A stretch of 62,862 nt of DNA, filler included. It is 6 parts of 6 records of this genome, joined end to end, with 100 filler letters (N's around TTAATTAATTAA, not from the genome) between each part and the next. Parts side by side here need not be neighbours in the genome. Positions count along the whole stretch, not along the records: positions 9,717 to 33,700 come from SRR2962707_3539; 5 more parts are not named here. One strand, 5' to 3'. The notes under the pieces are model-generated. The model did no database searches, was not told the DNA's origin, and saw nothing but the letters and a program-made list of their open reading frames with translations. Both the position numbers and the translations under genes were made by a program. Shown here piece after piece: positions 23,785 to 33,800 of the stretch (within the stretch, counting starts at the first letter, position 1; each line of letters starts with the position of its first letter).

Positions 23785-24312
23785 ATGAATATTATTGAGC
23801 AGCTCAATCTAGAGCAGCGCGCCAAAATTGATGCGGCACGCACATTCCCAGAATTTTCGCCAGGCGATACATTGCGCGTACAGGTTCGTGTTACCGAGGG
23901 TAAACGCACCCGTTTGCAGGCCTATGAAGGCGTTTGCATTGCCCGCTCTGGTGCTGGCCTAAACGAGAACTTTACAGTTCGCAAAATTTCTTACGGTGAA
24001 GGCGTGGAACGTGTGTTCCCAATGTACTCACCGCTTGTTGAGCAAGTTGAAATCGTTCGCCGCGGTAAAGTACGTCGCGCGAAACTTTACTACATGCGCG
24101 GTCTACGCGGTAAGAAAGCTCGTATCGTTGAAGATACCGGCGTTCGCGCTCGTAAATTGAACGCAGCTGAACGCGAAACAATGCTTGCAGCTAAAGCAGC
24201 GCTAGATGCTGAAAAAGTAGCAGCAGCGCAGGCTCTTGCAGCAGAAAAAGCAGCTGAAGAAGCAGCAGCGGCAGCGGCGGCTGAAGCAGCGGCAGCAACT
24301 GAAGAAAATTAA
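23785..24312 (+). CDS. rplS: 50S ribosomal protein L19 with an Ala/Glu-rich C-terminal tail
   Basis: [44 protein letters not shown] at 23785 after an AGGA RBS. Confidence 0.97.
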   Translation: MNIIEQLNLEQRAKIDAARTFPEFSPGDTLRVQVRVTEGKRTRLQAYEGVCIARSGAGLNENFTVRKISYGEGVERVFPMYSPLVEQVEIVRRGKVRRAKLYYMRGLRGKKARIVEDTGVRARKLNAAERETMLAAKAALDAEKVAAAQALAAEKAAEEAAAAAAAEAAAATEEN

Positions 24313-24342
24313 GACGCTTTAGCGTTTTAAGTTCAAGAATTT

Positions 24343-24372
24343 AAAAAGGCGGTCCATTGGGCCGCCTTTTTT
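24343..24372 (+). terminator. Intrinsic (likely bidirectional) terminator after rplS
   Basis: AAAAAGGCGGTCC-ATT-GGGCCGCCTTTTTT. Confidence 0.85.
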
Positions 24373-24474
24373 CGTGAATTATTACGGTGACGCTTGCGCG
24401 AAGTAATTTGGCGGTTCAAATTGTTTGCGTGGCCAAAGGGCCTTTACAGTTTCTTGTGACAGGTGGAACGAACT

Positions 24475-25278
24475 ATGCTTACAAAACGTCTTTTCTTATC
24501 GCTTGCAACGGCTGCGCTTTCGCTCAGCTTTGCGCCTTTTTCAATGGCGGCAGATTTGCCCGATCTGGGCGGCAAGACATTGGTAGTCGTAACTGAAAAT
24601 GCCTACCCACCTTTGCAGTTTATTGATCCTAAAACCGGCGATCAAATTGGCTGGGAATATGATGCGATGGCTGAGATCGGCAAACGCCTCAATGCGAAGA
24701 TTGAATATCAAAATATTTCTTGGGATGCGATGATCCAATCGGTGTCCGATGGCCAATATAATATGGGCATGACCGGCATTACCATTAAGGATGAGCGCAA
24801 GGAAAAGGTCGATTTTTCCGACAGCTATATGACATCGCAGATGCTGATGTTGGTGCGCAGTGACGAAACCCGCTTTAGCGATGCGGCAAGCTTTGCCGTT
24901 TTAGAAGATGGTTTGGTTGGTACGCAAGCGGGCACAACGCCGTTTTATACCGCTGTCTATGATGTGCTTGATGGCGATGAAGCCAATCCACGGATCAAAT
25001 TGTTCGAAACAATTGGCGCTTCTGTGCAGGCGCTGCGCACCGGCGATGTTGATGTAGTTCTATCAGACAGCACCGGCGCGCAAGGCTATGTTGACGCATC
25101 AAATGGCGGTTTGAAAATAACAGGCGAGCCAATGGGCACCGAAGAATTTGGCTTTATCTTCCCAAAAGGTTCTGAAGATGTTGCGCCGATCAATGCCGCG
25201 ATTGCTTCGATGAAAGCAGATGGCATGATTGATGCGCTGAACCAGAAGTGGTTCGTGGATTACAAGCCTGGCCAGTAA
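24475..25278 (+). CDS. Polar amino-acid ABC transporter substrate-binding protein (family 3)
   Basis: Signal peptide; [24 protein letters not shown]. Confidence 0.9.
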   Translation: MLTKRLFLSLATAALSLSFAPFSMAADLPDLGGKTLVVVTENAYPPLQFIDPKTGDQIGWEYDAMAEIGKRLNAKIEYQNISWDAMIQSVSDGQYNMGMTGITIKDERKEKVDFSDSYMTSQMLMLVRSDETRFSDAASFAVLEDGLVGTQAGTTPFYTAVYDVLDGDEANPRIKLFETIGASVQALRTGDVDVVLSDSTGAQGYVDASNGGLKITGEPMGTEEFGFIFPKGSEDVAPINAAIASMKADGMIDALNQKWFVDYKPGQ

Positions 25279-25300
25279 GCACTTGTTCTTAGCTCATGAA

Positions 25301-25336
25301 AACAATGCCCTATCGGTCAAGCGATTGGGCATTGTT
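25301..25336 (+). other. Intergenic hairpin between the SBP and permease genes
   Basis: AACAATGCCC-TATCG-GTCAAG-CGATT-GGGCATTGTT; such stems commonly stabilise SBP mRNA. Confidence 0.55.
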
Positions 25337-25376
25337 GCGCGCATATGGTTTAGCGTCAAAGTGATGAAAGTTTGCT

Positions 25377-26195
25377 ATGTATCCTGAGCCGCCGCCATCA
25401 AAGCCAGATAAGGATTTTGCCTATTGGCTGGTAGCAATTGTCGCCTGCGGCGTGGCGATTGCAATTCTCATTGCTCAAAGCGCAGCCTATTCTCAAGTTT
25501 TTGATATTGTCTCAAAAGGCATTTCAATTACGATTTTTGTGACGATCATCGGCTTTATATCGGCTACGGTGTTGGGGCTTGGTTTGGCGCTCATGGCGCT
25601 GTCTAAATCCAAAGTGTTGCGGCAGGTTTCACGGTTTTATATTGAAGTTGTGCGCGGCATTCCGATGCTCGTGTTGTTGTTCTACATCGCCTTTGTCGGC
25701 GCACCTGCTTTGGCGTGGTTGATCGATAGCGTTACTAAACCGCTGCAAGATGCCGGCTATATGGAAGTGTTTAGAACGCGCGACATATCGCTTTTATGGC
25801 GGGCAATCTTAGCGCTGATGATTGGCTATTCAGCCTTTCTCGCGGAAGTGTTTCGCGCCGGTATCTTATCGGTGGATCCCGGCCAGATCGAAGCGGCAGA
25901 AGCGCTTGGTCTTTCAAAATGGCAGCGCTTTCGGCTGATCGTTTTTCCGCAAGCCATCCGCACGATTTTGCCGCCGCTCGGCAATGATTTTGTCGCGATG
26001 GTGAAAGATTCGTCGCTGGTGTCTGTTTTGGGTGTCGCGGATATTACGCAAATGGGCAAGATTTATGCGTCCGGCTCGTTCCAGTTTTTTGAGACCTATT
26101 CGGTGGTCGCCTATATTTATCTGATATTGACGATCAGCTTATCGCTGATGCTTAGGCAGGTTGAAAAGCGCCTGCGCCAAAAAGATGAGCGCTGA
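25377..26195 (+). CDS. Amino-acid ABC transporter permease (HisM/GlnP type)
   Basis: YIEVVRGIP, AEVFRAG, GQIEAAEALGL (EAA loop), KDSSL. Confidence 0.92.
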   Translation: MYPEPPPSKPDKDFAYWLVAIVACGVAIAILIAQSAAYSQVFDIVSKGISITIFVTIIGFISATVLGLGLALMALSKSKVLRQVSRFYIEVVRGIPMLVLLFYIAFVGAPALAWLIDSVTKPLQDAGYMEVFRTRDISLLWRAILALMIGYSAFLAEVFRAGILSVDPGQIEAAEALGLSKWQRFRLIVFPQAIRTILPPLGNDFVAMVKDSSLVSVLGVADITQMGKIYASGSFQFFETYSVVAYIYLILTISLSLMLRQVEKRLRQKDER

Positions 26196-26209
26196 ACGCT
26201 CCGGCACGA

Positions 26210-26965
26210 TTACCAGCAATAGCGAAAGCCGCCGCGTCGCTCGGCCAAATCCATATGGATATGGGTTTGGTGGGCTGCATCGCTTTGCGGATCGAGAACC
26301 GTCGTAAAATAGAGACACGCACTTTTAGCAATTGTGCGCTGGAAGGCGCCGGTGAGCGTTGAATCTTTCGCGCGCGGCTCAACGATAAATGGCTTGCCCT
26401 TGGTAAAGCTGAAGCCCGCGATATCAATTGCGTTGCCTTTGGCATGTTCTGATATTTTGCCCACTTTAGCATTGTTTCTTTTGCGGCAAACATAGCTGGA
26501 GGCTTGGTTCACAGCTTCGAGCTTGTTGTCAGCACCATAGGCAATATTGGCGGCAGGGATGACGCTTTGCGTGAGCCAATGCGAAAGCTCAAGCGCTGTT
26601 TGGCAGCGCACGATGGCTTTTGGTTTGAGCGGTATGCCCGGCAGAATTTGCGTGACTTCTATTGGCTTATCAATGCCGCAGCCGCCAGCATCGTCGATAG
26701 TATCAATTTCTTTAAATTCTGCGCCTTGCTCTTTAAGTAAAACGAGACAAGCGGCATAGGCAGCAGCATCTTCTTTTAGGATAGGCGCGGGCGTGGCTTC
26801 GGCCAGTTTTGGTTTTTCGGCTGCGGGTGCGGCCTCTGGCTTTTTAGGTTCTTCAATTTGCGGCGCATTGTCTGGCCGCTCAGCGGGCTTAGGCAGTTCT
26901 TGGGCAAAACTTACTGTTGCCATCAAAGTTGCAAAGATCAAAACTTGATATTTGAAAAGCTGCAT
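26210..26965 (-). CDS. Extensin-like C-terminal domain protein (M15-like fold), secreted
   Basis: Signal peptide, Pro-rich linker, SYVCR, SEHAKGNAIDI, H..HIHMD. Confidence 0.85.
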   Translation of the reverse strand: MQLFKYQVLIFATLMATVSFAQELPKPAERPDNAPQIEEPKKPEAAPAAEKPKLAEATPAPILKEDAAAYAACLVLLKEQGAEFKEIDTIDDAGGCGIDKPIEVTQILPGIPLKPKAIVRCQTALELSHWLTQSVIPAANIAYGADNKLEAVNQASSYVCRKRNNAKVGKISEHAKGNAIDIAGFSFTKGKPFIVEPRAKDSTLTGAFQRTIAKSACLYFTTVLDPQSDAAHQTHIHMDLAERRGGFRYCW

Positions 26966-27057
26966 CGGTTTATCCCGTTTATGGAGGCGCGAACTATGCG
27001 TCAGATGCGCGGCGCTGCGGCAGTCTTTTATAATATCACCCTATCAGTGTGACTAAA

Positions 27058-27951
27058 TTATGTATTGAAGATCAGGGCGCTGCCTGCGAGCGTTAAAAAT
27101 GCGCCGACCCATGCGCCAATTGCAGGCACTTCTTTTGTGCGCCACCACAAGATTGGCAGCAATAATGCGGGCGTTGTTGCTGATAGTGTTGTTACGATGC
27201 CAACTTTTCCGCCTGACAGTGCAAACAACAGCAATGTCATGCCAAGCGCCATACCCAAAATGCCGGAGACGGCTGTTTGCGCCCAAATGGAAGGTGTGCC
27301 CGGATTTTTCTGTTTGATCGAGCGGATGGGCAATTGCATCATGATGGTTAGGCCCAGCGCTGCAACACCCACGCGGATGGTGGAGGCGATTACTGGATCA
27401 CCGCCCGCTTCCATAACGGGCCGTGCAATCAAAGCACCCACGGATTGGCATGTCGCCGCGCCAAGGCCGAAGAGTGCGCCAATCCATAATTTGCCGGTGA
27501 CGGTTTCCCATTTATGCAACTGGCTTTTGCGCTTGCCATAGACAATCGCCAACACGACGCCAGCAATGGTGATCGCGATGCCAAGCAAAGTCAGCGGGTT
27601 GATGGTTTCGTCGAGGATTAAATATCCCAAGACAACTGAAATCGGCGCGTTCATGGAAAACAGAACGGCAGTACGGCGCGGGCCAAGGCGGTTCATGCAT
27701 AAAAATAAAGCAGTATCGCCCATAAAAATGCCGACGAAACCTGAGAGGATTAAAGGCCAGCTATGGTCGATATTAAATGCGCCCCATTTGTTCGTCAGCG
27801 TTACCCAAAGGACGAGCATGACAAAAACAAAGCTCATACGGGCGCGGTTAAACGCAATCGCGCCAAAATGTTTGGCAGGGTCAGCCGATAGGAGACCCGT
27901 AAATGCCCAGACAAAGGCAGCGAGCAGCGCAGCGGATTCATAAATGGGCAT
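27058..27951 (-). CDS. DMT/EamA-family transporter
   Basis: Two EamA-like halves, about 10 TM; SGFVGIFMGD, RLGPRR. Confidence 0.88.
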   Translation of the reverse strand: MPIYESAALLAAFVWAFTGLLSADPAKHFGAIAFNRARMSFVFVMLVLWVTLTNKWGAFNIDHSWPLILSGFVGIFMGDTALFLCMNRLGPRRTAVLFSMNAPISVVLGYLILDETINPLTLLGIAITIAGVVLAIVYGKRKSQLHKWETVTGKLWIGALFGLGAATCQSVGALIARPVMEAGGDPVIASTIRVGVAALGLTIMMQLPIRSIKQKNPGTPSIWAQTAVSGILGMALGMTLLLFALSGGKVGIVTTLSATTPALLLPILWWRTKEVPAIGAWVGAFLTLAGSALIFNT

Positions 27952-28074
27952 TGTTTAATTCGTCCTTAGTGGACGAACAGCGTTGTGGTGAATTTTTGTT
28001 TGGGTCAAGCGGGCAATTGTATCCGACACAATCCATTTGCCGGATACAAAGCGCTTTAAAATTTCAGTGTGATC

Positions 28075-28800
28075 TTAACGCACGATCACTTCGGTGCCTG
28101 TTGGCACGCGGTTGAAAAGATCAATCACATCTTGGTTGATTAGGCGCACACAGCCAGAAGAAACTGATTTGCCGATTGACCACCATTCTGGTGAACCATG
28201 CAGACGATAAAGCGTGTCGCGCTCACCTTGATATATATAAAGAGCGCGCGCGCCGAGCGGGTTCATAAGGCCTGGCTCCATGCCGCCTTCCCAAGTCTGC
28301 GTGTCTTCATTGAAAGTTGTGCGGTATTTTTCAAGCTCTGGCACGCGGTCGATCATTTCGCCTGGTGGGTGCCATTTTGGCCACTGCGCTTTGCGGCGAA
28401 TATTGCCGGTACCGGTCCATGCAAAGCCTTCGCGGCCAAGACCAACGCCGTAACGCATCGCGCGTCCGCCTGGCATTGTGTAATAAAGGAAGTGGGTTGA
28501 TGTATCCACAACCACTTTGCCCGGGCCTACGCCCGTATTGTCAGCCACTTCTTGGCGCAGAAACTGCTTATCGATTTTATCCCAAGGCACAGCGGGGATT
28601 TCAAAGCCGCCATCAAATTTTGCCGCATAAATATCAGCAAAGCTACCCGGCTGAATAACAGGCGGGCGTATGATTGTTGGCGATGGAGGCGGCGCATCTG
28701 TTTGACAGCCAGCAATCAAAGTTGCGGCAGCGAGGCCAGTTCCCGTGAGGAATGTGCGACGCGAAACTAAAAGCGAGTTTTGAGAATTTGATTGTGACAT
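28075..28800 (-). CDS. L,D-transpeptidase (YkuD/ErfK family), Tat lipoprotein
   Basis: SRRTFL Tat motif, LIAGC lipobox, NPLGARALY, HGS..SSGCVRL. Confidence 0.93.
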   Translation of the reverse strand: MSQSNSQNSLLVSRRTFLTGTGLAAATLIAGCQTDAPPPSPTIIRPPVIQPGSFADIYAAKFDGGFEIPAVPWDKIDKQFLRQEVADNTGVGPGKVVVDTSTHFLYYTMPGGRAMRYGVGLGREGFAWTGTGNIRRKAQWPKWHPPGEMIDRVPELEKYRTTFNEDTQTWEGGMEPGLMNPLGARALYIYQGERDTLYRLHGSPEWWSIGKSVSSGCVRLINQDVIDLFNRVPTGTEVIVR

Positions 28801-28999
28801 GGGGGATCCGATAGAAATGGTTGGCCATCCATAGCCAGTTTAATGTGATTTGTCTTAGGATTTCGCCCTTGATAGTTCGCAATTGCGACATTAGCTGGAT
28901 GCTGATGCAATAATGTTACGTTGTCAGCATCCTTGACGAGATAGGCTTTGCCGGTGCATATCACCGCCAGAAATTCATTGAATGATTAGGACGCTTTTT

Positions 29000-30406
29000 A
29001 TGGCTGGACCACGCACGCTTTATGATAAAATTTGGGATGACCATATGGTTCATCAGGCAGAGGATGGCACTTGCCTTCTTTATATTGACCGCCACTTGGT
29101 TCACGAAGTGACAAGCCCGCAAGCCTTTGAAGGTTTGCGCATGGCGCATCGCGCTGTTCGCGCACCGCAAAAAACACTTGCTGTTGTGGACCATAACGTG
29201 CCGACAACAGTTGACCGTTATGAGGGCATTAAAAACGAAGAGAGCCGCATTCAGGTTGAAGCGCTGGCCCATAATGCTGCTGAATTTGGCATTGAATATT
29301 ATTCAGAGCACGACAAACGTCAGGGCATTGTGCACATCGTTGGTCCAGAGCAGGGTTTCACCTTGCCGGGCATGACAATTGTTTGCGGCGATAGCCACAC
29401 ATCAACGCATGGCGCTTTTGGCGCTTTGGCGCATGGTATCGGCACATCAGAAGTTGAGCATGTGCTTGCAACGCAGACGCTGATCCAGAAAAAAGCCAAA
29501 AACATGTTGGTGCGCGTTAATGGCGTTGCGCCTGCTGGCGTGACAGCAAAAGACATTATTTTGGCGGTCATTGGTAAAATCGGCACAGCCGGCGGTACAG
29601 GCCACGTGATCGAATTTGCTGGCGAAGCGATTGAAGCGCTTTCAATGGAAGGTCGCATGACGATCTGTAATATGACGATTGAAGGAGGCGCGCGCGCGGG
29701 CCTTATCGCACCAGATCAAAAGACCTTTGATTATATCACTGGCAAGCCGCAGGCACCAAAAGGCGAAGATCTTGAAAAAGCGCTTGCCTATTGGCAAACG
29801 CTGCACACCGATGAAGGTGCGCATTATGATAAAATCATTGAGCTTAATGCTGCTGATTTGCCGCCAATCGTTTCTTGGGGCTCATCGCCTGAAGATGTAA
29901 TTTCGATTGAAGGTGTCGTGCCAAATCCGGATGATATTGCCGATCTTAATACACGCACATCTAAATGGCGTGCGCTGGAATATATGGGCCTTAAGCCTGG
30001 CACTAAGATGACAGATATTACGCTTGATCGCGTGTTTATCGGTTCATGTACCAATGGCCGTATTGAAGATTTGCGCGCGGTTGCAGCTGTTGTTGAAGGC
30101 AAAAAAGTTGCTGATACGGTCAGCGCGATGATCGTGCCTGGTTCTGGTCTTGTTAAAGAAATGGCGGAAGCTGAAGGTCTTGATAAGATTTTCAAAGAAG
30201 CTGGTTTTGAATGGCGCGAGCCTGGCTGTTCTATGTGTCTTGCGATGAATGATGATCGCTTGAAGCCAGAAGAGCGCTGCGCTTCAACGTCAAACCGTAA
30301 CTTTGAAGGTCGTCAGGGCTTTAAGGGCCGCACGCATTTGGTGTCACCAGCAATGGCTGCGGCTGCGGCTGTGGCAGGTCACTTTGTGGACGTACGCGAA
30401 CTCTAA
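29000..30406 (+). CDS. leuC: 3-isopropylmalate dehydratase large subunit
   Basis: [40 protein letters not shown]. Confidence 0.98.
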   Translation: MAGPRTLYDKIWDDHMVHQAEDGTCLLYIDRHLVHEVTSPQAFEGLRMAHRAVRAPQKTLAVVDHNVPTTVDRYEGIKNEESRIQVEALAHNAAEFGIEYYSEHDKRQGIVHIVGPEQGFTLPGMTIVCGDSHTSTHGAFGALAHGIGTSEVEHVLATQTLIQKKAKNMLVRVNGVAPAGVTAKDIILAVIGKIGTAGGTGHVIEFAGEAIEALSMEGRMTICNMTIEGGARAGLIAPDQKTFDYITGKPQAPKGEDLEKALAYWQTLHTDEGAHYDKIIELNAADLPPIVSWGSSPEDVISIEGVVPNPDDIADLNTRTSKWRALEYMGLKPGTKMTDITLDRVFIGSCTNGRIEDLRAVAAVVEGKKVADTVSAMIVPGSGLVKEMAEAEGLDKIFKEAGFEWREPGCSMCLAMNDDRLKPEERCASTSNRNFEGRQGFKGRTHLVSPAMAAAAAVAGHFVDVREL

Positions 30407-30428
30407 GCACCGCGAATATAATGAATTT

Positions 30429-30456
30429 AAAAAGCCCGCTTTGTGCGGGCTTTTTT
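30429..30456. terminator. Bidirectional intrinsic terminator between convergent leuC and the AEC gene
   Basis: AAAAAGCCCGC-TTTGT-GCGGGCTTTTTT. Confidence 0.85.
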
Positions 30457-30461
30457 GTGTC

Positions 30462-31409
30462 TTACATGGGTAAAACATGGCTGAGCACATAAAGCCACAG
30501 CGTAATGGTGACGACCGATAACAGCGTGCAGAACAAAAAAGCTGATGCGGCAAGCGCCACGGCGCGGTCATACATGACAGCAAAAACATAGACATTCATT
30601 CCGGGCGGCATTGCGGCGAGGGTGACAACCGCGCGCACCATTGTGGGTTCTAAATTGAAAACATAATGGCTGAGGCCAAAGGCAATAGCAGGATGAATGA
30701 TCAAAGATAAAATGGCGACCATCATACTTTCTGAAATGCCCGCGCTGATTTGATATTTTGTGAGTGCAGCGCCGATGCCCACAAGGGCCACAGGGATGGC
30801 GGCGGCTGCAAGCATGTTAATCGCTGCGGTAATTGCTTCGGGTAGAACAATGCCAGAAATATTTATGGTGACGCCCGCTAGAATGGCGATCATCAAGGAA
30901 TTGCCGAGAATTGATTTAAAGGCCTTTTTCAGCGTTGCGCCGATAGACTGACCATCACGGCGCATCAATTCCATTGTCACCATGCCAACGATATAGATGC
31001 TCGGCGCGTGAAACGCGATAATGCCAAAGGCAGGTGTTAGGGCTTGTGTTCCATGTGACCGCTCAACGATGGCAAGGCCAAGCAGCACTGAGTTCGAAAA
31101 AGTTGACGTGAAGCCAACGGAAACTGATTCGCCCGGTGTGCGTGCGAAAATCCACCGCGAAAAGACGATGCCCAAAAAGAAGCAAGAAAATGCGCCGGTA
31201 TAAAAGCTGACGATCGCAGGCGCTGAAAATGCCGCTGCAAAATCCAAATTGACCATGGCGCGGAAAAGCAAAATGGGTACGGCAATTTTAACGGCAAATC
31301 CGTTGAGTGCATCGCCTATTGTGAGAGGCAAATAGTGCGTTCTAACCGCGCCGTATCCAATGGAAATTAGAATGAAGACGGGCAGAACCGCGAAAAAAAT
31401 CTCAATCAC
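30462..31409 (-). CDS. AEC (auxin efflux carrier) family transporter
   Basis: VLPVF, AVPILLF, FSNSVLLG, AAMPPG; about 10 TM. Confidence 0.88.
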   Translation of the reverse strand: MIEIFFAVLPVFILISIGYGAVRTHYLPLTIGDALNGFAVKIAVPILLFRAMVNLDFAAAFSAPAIVSFYTGAFSCFFLGIVFSRWIFARTPGESVSVGFTSTFSNSVLLGLAIVERSHGTQALTPAFGIIAFHAPSIYIVGMVTMELMRRDGQSIGATLKKAFKSILGNSLMIAILAGVTINISGIVLPEAITAAINMLAAAAIPVALVGIGAALTKYQISAGISESMMVAILSLIIHPAIAFGLSHYVFNLEPTMVRAVVTLAAMPPGMNVYVFAVMYDRAVALAASAFLFCTLLSVVTITLWLYVLSHVLPM

Positions 31410-31544
31410 GAAGAATATCCTATGTGTAGAGCATTAGAATTGCGCGTGCTGCATCAATGTGCAAGCCAGAAAACCGGTACAAATTGCTGTGGCCCTCTTG
31501 CCCGTCACATTTTGGCGGCGTAATGAATTTTAATGTGCTCATCA

Positions 31545-31880
31545 ATGAATATTACGCGCGCCTTGCGCCCCTTATTTGTGACCGGCTTTGCTGCTGTACT
31601 TTTGTCCGGCTGTGAAACTTCGGGTGTAACCAGTTCAAGCCCCGTCAGCGTGCATCCGCGCCAAGCGATGTGGCGATGCAGCGATAATGTTTCGCTGCAA
31701 ATTCAAAAAACCAGCGAAGGTTTGGCGATTACTGATTCGCGCGGGTTTGATGTTGTTTTGCCGCCCGATCCGCCTGGCCAAACAATCCGCTATGGCAAAA
31801 CCGGCTATGCCTTTGTGATTGAAGGACGCACGGCGAGTTGGTTTGCAACAAAGCGGCTGCCTGCTGACTGTAGACGCTAA
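31545..31880 (+). CDS. Small lipoprotein, possibly MliC/PliC-like fold
   Basis: LLSGC lipobox; W-R-C near the domain start, RY motif, C-terminal Cys. Confidence 0.65.
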   Translation: MNITRALRPLFVTGFAAVLLSGCETSGVTSSSPVSVHPRQAMWRCSDNVSLQIQKTSEGLAITDSRGFDVVLPPDPPGQTIRYGKTGYAFVIEGRTASWFATKRLPADCRR

Positions 31881-32050
31881 TGGGCTTTATGCGAGCCCAT
31901 TGCCGCATTTTCTCAAGCTGCGACATTATGGCTGCCCGTTAGACCAAAATATTAGCGGCAAATTCCAATTTCATGTCGTTTTTTTCGATTTCGATCTTTT
32001 TCAATCGTTTAGACGCTTTGACGTGGTCGCGCAGGGGCGCTAAAGATTAG

Positions 32051-32067
32051 ATTAGAACAATTCAATT
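32051..32067. promoter_or_regulatory. Candidate Irr/ICE-like iron-control element upstream of sdhC
   Basis: ATTAGAACAATTCAATT matches 13 of 17 positions of TTTRGAAYNRTTCYAAA; upstream of an Fe-S/heme enzyme operon. Confidence 0.35.
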
Positions 32068-32100
32068 CTAGAGTGTTTTAACTCAGGCAGGAGCTCATCT

Positions 32101-32499
32101 GTGTCTTCGACATCAACGCAGTCTAAGCGGCCTTTGTCGCCTCATCTTTCGATTTATAAGCCAATTCCGACAATGGTTATGTCCATCTTGCACCGCGTCT
32201 CCGGCGTCGCGCTTTATGTGGGCACGATATTGGTGGCTTGGTGGCTGATTGCCGCGTCTACCGATGGCGCATATTTCGCTTATGTGAACGGCTTTTTCGG
32301 ATCTTGGTTCGGCCTATTGGTGATGTTTGGCTACACATGGGCATTGATGCTTCATATGCTCGGCGGCATTCGTCACTTCGTTTGGGATACCGGCCATTTG
32401 ATGGCTAAAGAAACATCCACGAAACTTGCCTATGCAACCATGATTGTGTCGATCATCTTGACCGCCCTGATCTGGATCATTGGCGCGGTTGTGGTTTAG
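32101..32499 (+). CDS. sdhC: Succinate dehydrogenase cytochrome b556 subunit
   Basis: RPLSPHLSIY, SILHRVSG, H..GGIRH..WD. Confidence 0.97.
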   Translation: MSSTSTQSKRPLSPHLSIYKPIPTMVMSILHRVSGVALYVGTILVAWWLIAASTDGAYFAYVNGFFGSWFGLLVMFGYTWALMLHMLGGIRHFVWDTGHLMAKETSTKLAYATMIVSIILTALIWIIGAVVV

Positions 32500-32511
32500 G
32501 AGGAAAAAATT

Positions 32512-32892
32512 ATGAGCATGCTTACCCCTCTTAAACGCGTTCGCGGCCTTGGTTCTGCAAAGGATGGCACAGAGCACTTTTGGCGTCAGCGCCTGACGGC
32601 TTTAGCGCTTGTTCCGCTGATTCTCGGCTTTATCTGGATTATCGTTTCGACCATGGGTCAATCTTATGAAGATGTGCGCGCGACCATGGCTAATCCACTC
32701 GTGGCTGTGATTATGCTGCTTGTGATCATCAGCGGCCTCTACCATGCAAAGCTTGGTATGCAGGTTGTGATTGAAGATTATATTCATACCGAAAGCACGA
32801 AATTTGCGCTGCTGATCGCGAATATCTTTTTCACTTTCTTTGTTGGCGCACTTAGCGTTTTTGCAATTCTAAAAATGGGATTTGGTGGCTAA
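32512..32892 (+). CDS. sdhD: Succinate dehydrogenase membrane anchor
   Basis: [29 protein letters not shown]. Confidence 0.97.
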   Translation: MSMLTPLKRVRGLGSAKDGTEHFWRQRLTALALVPLILGFIWIIVSTMGQSYEDVRATMANPLVAVIMLLVIISGLYHAKLGMQVVIEDYIHTESTKFALLIANIFFTFFVGALSVFAILKMGFGG

Positions 32893-32895
32893 ACG

Positions 32896-33700
32896 ATGGC
32901 TAAGGATGAAGCAAAAAAATCGGGCAGTGCCTACAAATTTGTAGACCATAAATTTGATGTTGTTGTTGTCGGCGCTGGTGGCGCGGGCCTTCGCGCCGCG
33001 CTTGGCATGGCCGAGCAAGGTTTTAAAACGGCCTGTATCTCTAAAGTGTTTCCAACACGTTCGCATACCGTTGCAGCGCAGGGCGGCATTGCAGCTAGCT
33101 TGCAAAACATGACGCCTGATTCTTGGCAGTGGCATATGTATGACACGGTTAAGGGTTCTGATTGGCTCGGCGATGTTGATGCGATGCAATATCTCGCGAT
33201 GGAAGCGCCTAAAGCTGTTTACGAGCTTGAACATTACGGTGTTCCGTTTTCTCGTAATGAAGAAGGCAAAATCTATCAGCGCCCATTTGGCGGCCATATG
33301 CAGAACTTTGGTGAAGGCCCGCCCGTGCAGCGCACATGTGCTGCTGCTGACCGTACCGGTCATGCGATTTTGCACACGCTTTATGGCCAGAGCTTGCGCC
33401 ATAATGCAGAGTTTTTCATCGAGTATTTTGCGCTTGATTTGATCATGGACGATGATGGTGTTTGCACCGGTGTTGTCGCATGGAACCTAGATGATGGCAC
33501 AATTCACCGCTTCTCCGCGAAGATGGTTGTGCTGGCAACGGGCGGCTATGGCCGTGCGTTCTTCTCAGCGACATCAGCGCATACATGTACAGGCGATGGC
33601 GGCGGCATGATTGCCCGCGCTGGTTTGCCTCTGCAGGATATGGAATTTGTTCAGTTCCACCCAACAGGCATTTATGGTGCTGGTTGCTTGATTACCGAAG
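32896..33700 (+). CDS. sdhA: Succinate dehydrogenase flavoprotein (3'-truncated by the contig edge)
   Basis: [16 protein letters not shown] (FAD-His), QRPFGG, QFHPTG. Confidence 0.97.
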
Positions 33701-33800
33701 NNNNNNNNNNNNNNNNNNNNNNNNNNNNNNNNNNNNNNNNNNNNTTAATTAATTAANNNNNNNNNNNNNNNNNNNNNNNNNNNNNNNNNNNNNNNNNNNN
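33701..33800. other. Artificial contig linker
   Basis: N44-TTAATTAATTAA-N44. Confidence 0.97.
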
